DNA from: Barthelona sp. PCE
Taxonomy: Eukaryota
Assembly: GCA_040285745.1 (NCBI GenBank)
Contig: JAUFOR010000002.1
Span: forward strand, 1,054,001 to 1,118,000
Direction of reading: 5' to 3'
Length of the DNA stretch: 64,000 nucleotides
Below, piece by piece: positions 60,686-64,000 of this stretch; the stretch's first letter is position 1, and every line of letters starts with the position of its first letter. The notes under the pieces were generated by a model. The model ran no database searches and had not been told where the DNA came from. It saw only the letters and a list, made by a program, of their open reading frames with translations. The position numbers and the translations under genes were made by a program.

Positions 60686-63600
60686 TTATTGGATTGTGCA
60701 TTTCTTCTTTTCTTCATCCACAGTTTCCATTTTTGACTGTACATCAGCAATCATTGCTTCGATTTCCTCCTTCTTACCCATCAAATAAGCCATTTGCTGT
60801 TCTAAAGCAATGGAAGGATCCATGTTCATCTCTACAACATGGGGACGCAGGAAATCATCTATTTGCTGCTGTGTAGCAACACTTGGTGTCTGTGGGCTCA
60901 AAACAACACTTGTTCCTGGGTTCATCTCAACGTTAATACTGGGGAGGTTCTGCATCTGCTTATCAAGATCTCTGCTCTTGTTCTCCTTCTCAAAGAAATG
61001 GCTGTACTGCTCTCGATGACCGAAAACAGTAAAGCGTAGGTTGCTTTCGTTACACCAAGAAAGGAAATCGTCAGTTACGAGGATAGAATACATGCAGTGA
61101 TGATTATAATCGGGAGTAACGTCCTCAACTGGTTGATCAGGGATATGTGTGCTGTTAGCAAACTCATATGCACCGATCTCAACGTATGAAGAAATTGCAA
61201 GATCCTTGGGAAGACCAACTGCTTGCTCAATGTGCACATCAAAATATGCTCTGTTACCGACTTCAAGATAATCGTCATCAGGGATGTCCATATCGAAAGA
61301 CTCGGTTTCGCTCTTCATTGGGGTGATCTTGATCTTCAGTGCTCCTACATCATCGCCACGAGCATTAAAAATCGCAGTCGTCAGCTGGAAAGGCATACCC
61401 ATCATAAGAACTTCACCTGCAAGCAACGACGATCCGATCTCTACGGAAGCGAGTGGGTCGAACAACGTCATGAATGGGTTATCTTCAGGATCCATTATGT
61501 TAACAGTACCGTACTCATCCATTTCATTCCACAGTGATGTGACACCGCTGTAGCGCTCCTGGAACACGTCTGATGTCAATTCTCCTTCTGTACCATCGTT
61601 ATCAACCGCAATGACAACCTTTGACACATGCATCTGCACGTTAGGATCATACGATGCCTTGATTGTAGGGCGGAAAATAGGGTGTGTTTCTGACAAGTCA
61701 GGGATCTGAGAGAGTAGCTGGGCAACCATACCATTCATCTGGTTGATCTTGGGAATTAAATCTGACAGAGAGAGCTCGATCTCGCGGCGTTCCTGCTCAC
61801 GACGTAACATGCGTGCCTTGTTCAAGCGCTCCTGGATGGATCTCTCCTCGTCATGCTTCTTATCGTTGTCCTCCAACTGTTTCTCCAGCTCTTGTACTTC
61901 GTCCTCACGTCCTTCTCGACGTGCTAGTTCCACCTTGGCCTCCAGCTCCTGTTGGCTCTTCTCGTGGTTCTGGTTCGCAGTTGTCTGCATCTTCTTCAGC
62001 TTCTCTTCATAAGCGAGGCGCTCCTTCTCGAAGTCAGCGCGCATGGCAGCAAGGCGGTCAGCCTGCAATTCGTCGAGCGCATCCTGGAAGTCAGTATCAC
62101 CAATGAAATCTGTGACCGGCTTTCCCTCTTTACCAGCACCAATAAAGCGGAAGATAAACCTCTGTCCAAACACTACTGAGTCTCCATGAACGAGAATGGC
62201 TTCTGTGACGGCCTCGCCGTTGATGTGCAACTCACCCTTGGCGTTAACAATAACGTTTTCTCCGTTATTAGTAAAGAGTGCGTGCTCTTCCTCAATGCCA
62301 ATACCACTTAGTGCAATACGTTGGTTCTTTCCTGCGATTAATTCCTCATTCGGCACGAACTCATAGCGCTGGTGCCCTGACCACATGCTATCGCTGTTAA
62401 TATTAAGCAACCATGGCATGTTACTAGCAAGCGGACCGCGTGCAACAGTAGTTTCCTTAGCAGCAGCTGCAAAGTATTCAGAGGCTTCGCTTTGCTTACC
62501 ACCTGTGGATTCCACAGTATCCTGGTCAGAACGCACCTGTTGGAGACGCTGTTGGGCGAGTTCAAGCTGCTCCTGGAGCTCCTGGACCATATCTGGATCT
62601 GCTGCAAGTTTCAGCTGCTCGATCAACTTCTGCTGCTCTTCGACCTGCTTCGTCAGCTCTTCAACCTTTGCCTGGAGAGGTGAAACGTTTTTCTTGACAA
62701 CGTTAGTGATCTTTGCAGCAACCTGTGCATATCTCAAAGTTGAGAGGGTTTGGTCGAAATCGACAGCAGACGGGGAGAGGGCGGCAATCATGACTGTAAA
62801 ACAGTTACCACCCAACGCATTCGAAAGCATCTGCGTCAGCTTGGAAGCACGCATGGAAGGACGCGCTAACTTCTTTTTTTCTTTGGGGGTAGCTGCGAGC
62901 CAGCGAATAACTGAACCAAGGTGGGATAGTGAACGGTTAATATTGGAACCCTCACGGAGACCGGCACCTGAGGCACCTGTATCGTTGGCACGCTCTGAAC
63001 CGGCAAGATCGACAAGGTTCATATCTGCTTCGATAACGTTCTTGACCTCCTTGCGCTTACCGTCCTGTTCGACGACCTCTGTAACGAACTGCTTGATTGT
63101 GACAGTGAAAATAGAGTGTGAACGGGAGGATTCAGCATTCATCTTTGTGGCACGCTTGAAACGCAGACCATCACCAATGTTAATTAGTCGGTTAATATCC
63201 TCGAAAGACTGGACGAGCACACGTGTTGCACCCATGACTTCGGGGATACCGTTGAGAGTGACAACCTTAAGATCGTCAGGATTAACTGATGAGTTGTCGT
63301 TCAGTTTGTTGTAAACCTGTCTCTTACGCTTGAGCTGATCAGAGTCACCCTTGAGCTGTTGTCTGTTAAGCTCATCACGCTGGTTCTTGAGGTTCGAGAC
63401 GAAATCAGAAGCGCCCTTATCGTGAATGACCGCCATGACCTGATCCATGTTGAACTTTTGTTCCTTGTACACTGAAAGGTCACGGTCTAAACAAAGAAGG
63501 TCACGGATGGCTTCATTGTAGATTTCAATGTACCTACATTCGACCAAAATATTGATCTGCTTGCCCTCGCTTTCAAACTTAGCCTTGAGCTCGGGGATCT

Positions 63601-64000
63601 TCACAAAAAGTTCAGAACAAGCACGGGGAATAATTCCCCACTGGTCGTGGTCGTCAAGAACACCCATCATGGAGTACGATTTTCCCGAACCAGTCTGGCC
63701 ATATGCAAAGACTGTAGCATTGTATCCTTCCAGCGACTTTTTGAGCATGGGAATTCCAATCGCTTGGTAAACGTCCACTTGGGAGGCGAAATTCTCTGCT
63801 TTTCCCTTGGGGATTTCGTTGAAATCTGCAATTTCCTGGCTGAAACATATGAATGAGTTGAATGCATGGGTGAAATTGAAACTCTTAACATGTTTGTCAG
63901 CCATGTGCTTTTCTAGCTCTCCATTTTCAATTTTTGTACGCAGGGCTTTGTCAGTAAAGTACTCGTCAGATCGAATTTTAAGGTAACCAGGGGTATCTGG
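60686..64000 (-). CDS. Kinesin-3 (KIF13/KIF28-like: motor, FHA, coiled coil, C2-like), 5' end outside the window, C-terminal CaaX
   Basis: FAYGQTGSGKSYSM, MNAESSRSH, LVDLAGSER, FHA IALSGIGIEEEHA..LVHGDSVVFG. The frame stays open from 63904 to 64000. Ends KKKCTIQ*. Confidence 0.92.
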   Translation of the reverse strand, partial: PDTPGYLKIRSDEYFTDKALRTKIENGELEKHMADKHVKSFNFTHAFNSFICFSQEIADFNEIPKGKAENFASQVDVYQAIGIPMLKKSLEGYNATVFAYGQTGSGKSYSMMGVLDDHDQWGIIPRACSELFVKIPELKAKFESEGKQINILVECRYIEIYNEAIRDLLCLDRDLSVYKEQKFNMDQVMAVIHDKGASDFVSNLKNQRDELNRQQLKGDSDQLKRKRQVYNKLNDNSSVNPDDLKVVTLNGIPEVMGATRVLVQSFEDINRLINIGDGLRFKRATKMNAESSRSHSIFTVTIKQFVTEVVEQDGKRKEVKNVIEADMNLVDLAGSERANDTGASGAGLREGSNINRSLSHLGSVIRWLAATPKEKKKLARPSMRASKLTQMLSNALGGNCFTVMIAALSPSAVDFDQTLSTLRYAQVAAKITNVVKKNVSPLQAKVEELTKQVEEQQKLIEQLKLAADPDMVQELQEQLELAQQRLQQVRSDQDTVESTGGKQSEASEYFAAAAKETTVARGPLASNMPWLLNINSDSMWSGHQRYEFVPNEELIAGKNQRIALSGIGIEEEHALFTNNGENVIVNAKGELHINGEAVTEAILVHGDSVVFGQRFIFRFIGAGKEGKPVTDFIGDTDFQDALDELQADRLAAMRADFEKERLAYEEKLKKMQTTANQNHEKSQQELEAKVELARREGREDEVQELEKQLEDNDKKHDEERSIQERLNKARMLRREQERREIELSLSDLIPKINQMNGMVAQLLSQIPDLSETHPIFRPTIKASYDPNVQMHVSKVVIAVDNDGTEGELTSDVFQERYSGVTSLWNEMDEYGTVNIMDPEDNPFMTLFDPLASVEIGSSLLAGEVLMMGMPFQLTTAIFNARGDDVGALKIKITPMKSETESFDMDIPDDDYLEVGNRAYFDVHIEQAVGLPKDLAISSYVEIGAYEFANSTHIPDQPVEDVTPDYNHHCMYSILVTDDFLSWCNESNLRFTVFGHREQYSHFFEKENKSRDLDKQMQNLPSINVEMNPGTSVVLSPQTPSVATQQQIDDFLRPHVVEMNMDPSIALEQQMAYLMGKKEEIEAMIADVQSKMETVDEEKKKCTIQ

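Noticed and set aside
62385-63314. 309 aa plus-strand ORF
   Set aside because: It is the antisense shadow of the kinesin motor, Ser/Ala-rich with no motifs, and is explained by codon bias of the real gene.
1-64000. Alternative genetic code (TAA/TAG=Gln, as in hexamitid diplomonads) and prokaryotic elements (CRISPR, IS, operons)
   Set aside because: Conserved genes end correctly at TAA, TAG and TGA without in-frame readthrough. No repeat-spacer arrays or transposases were seen.

Overview
This window is gene-dense eukaryotic nuclear DNA in the standard genetic code (TAA, TAG and TGA all act as stops). It holds about 43 protein-coding genes, and convergent genes are often only 0-40 nt apart. 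The organism is a flagellate (CCDC40, SF-assemblin/giardin). Its intron signals resemble those of metamonads such as Giardia and Trichomonas, which is an inference. Six spliceosomal introns missed by the ORF track can be rebuilt by reading-frame logic. All lie near gene 5' ends and share a fused branch-point/3' splice-site 12-mer (NYTHAYWTTTAG). Three are 37-48 nt. Three are 162-221 nt and fold into multi-hairpin structures; in two of them a 10-11 bp closing stem leaves only 34-37 unpaired nt. One long intron needs a GC donor and has a competing out-of-frame GT donor. Other highlights are a candidate GT-AA intron, a probable highly divergent ORC3, a FYVE-less spastizin (AP-5 partner), a RAD18 with a WW domain, a kinesin-3 ending in a CaaX box, a recurrent CCCTTT promoter motif and a hairpin-rich intergenic ncRNA candidate. 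No tRNA, rRNA, CRISPR array or transposase was recognised. All family calls come from remembered motifs, not from database searches, and all RNA folds were paired by eye.
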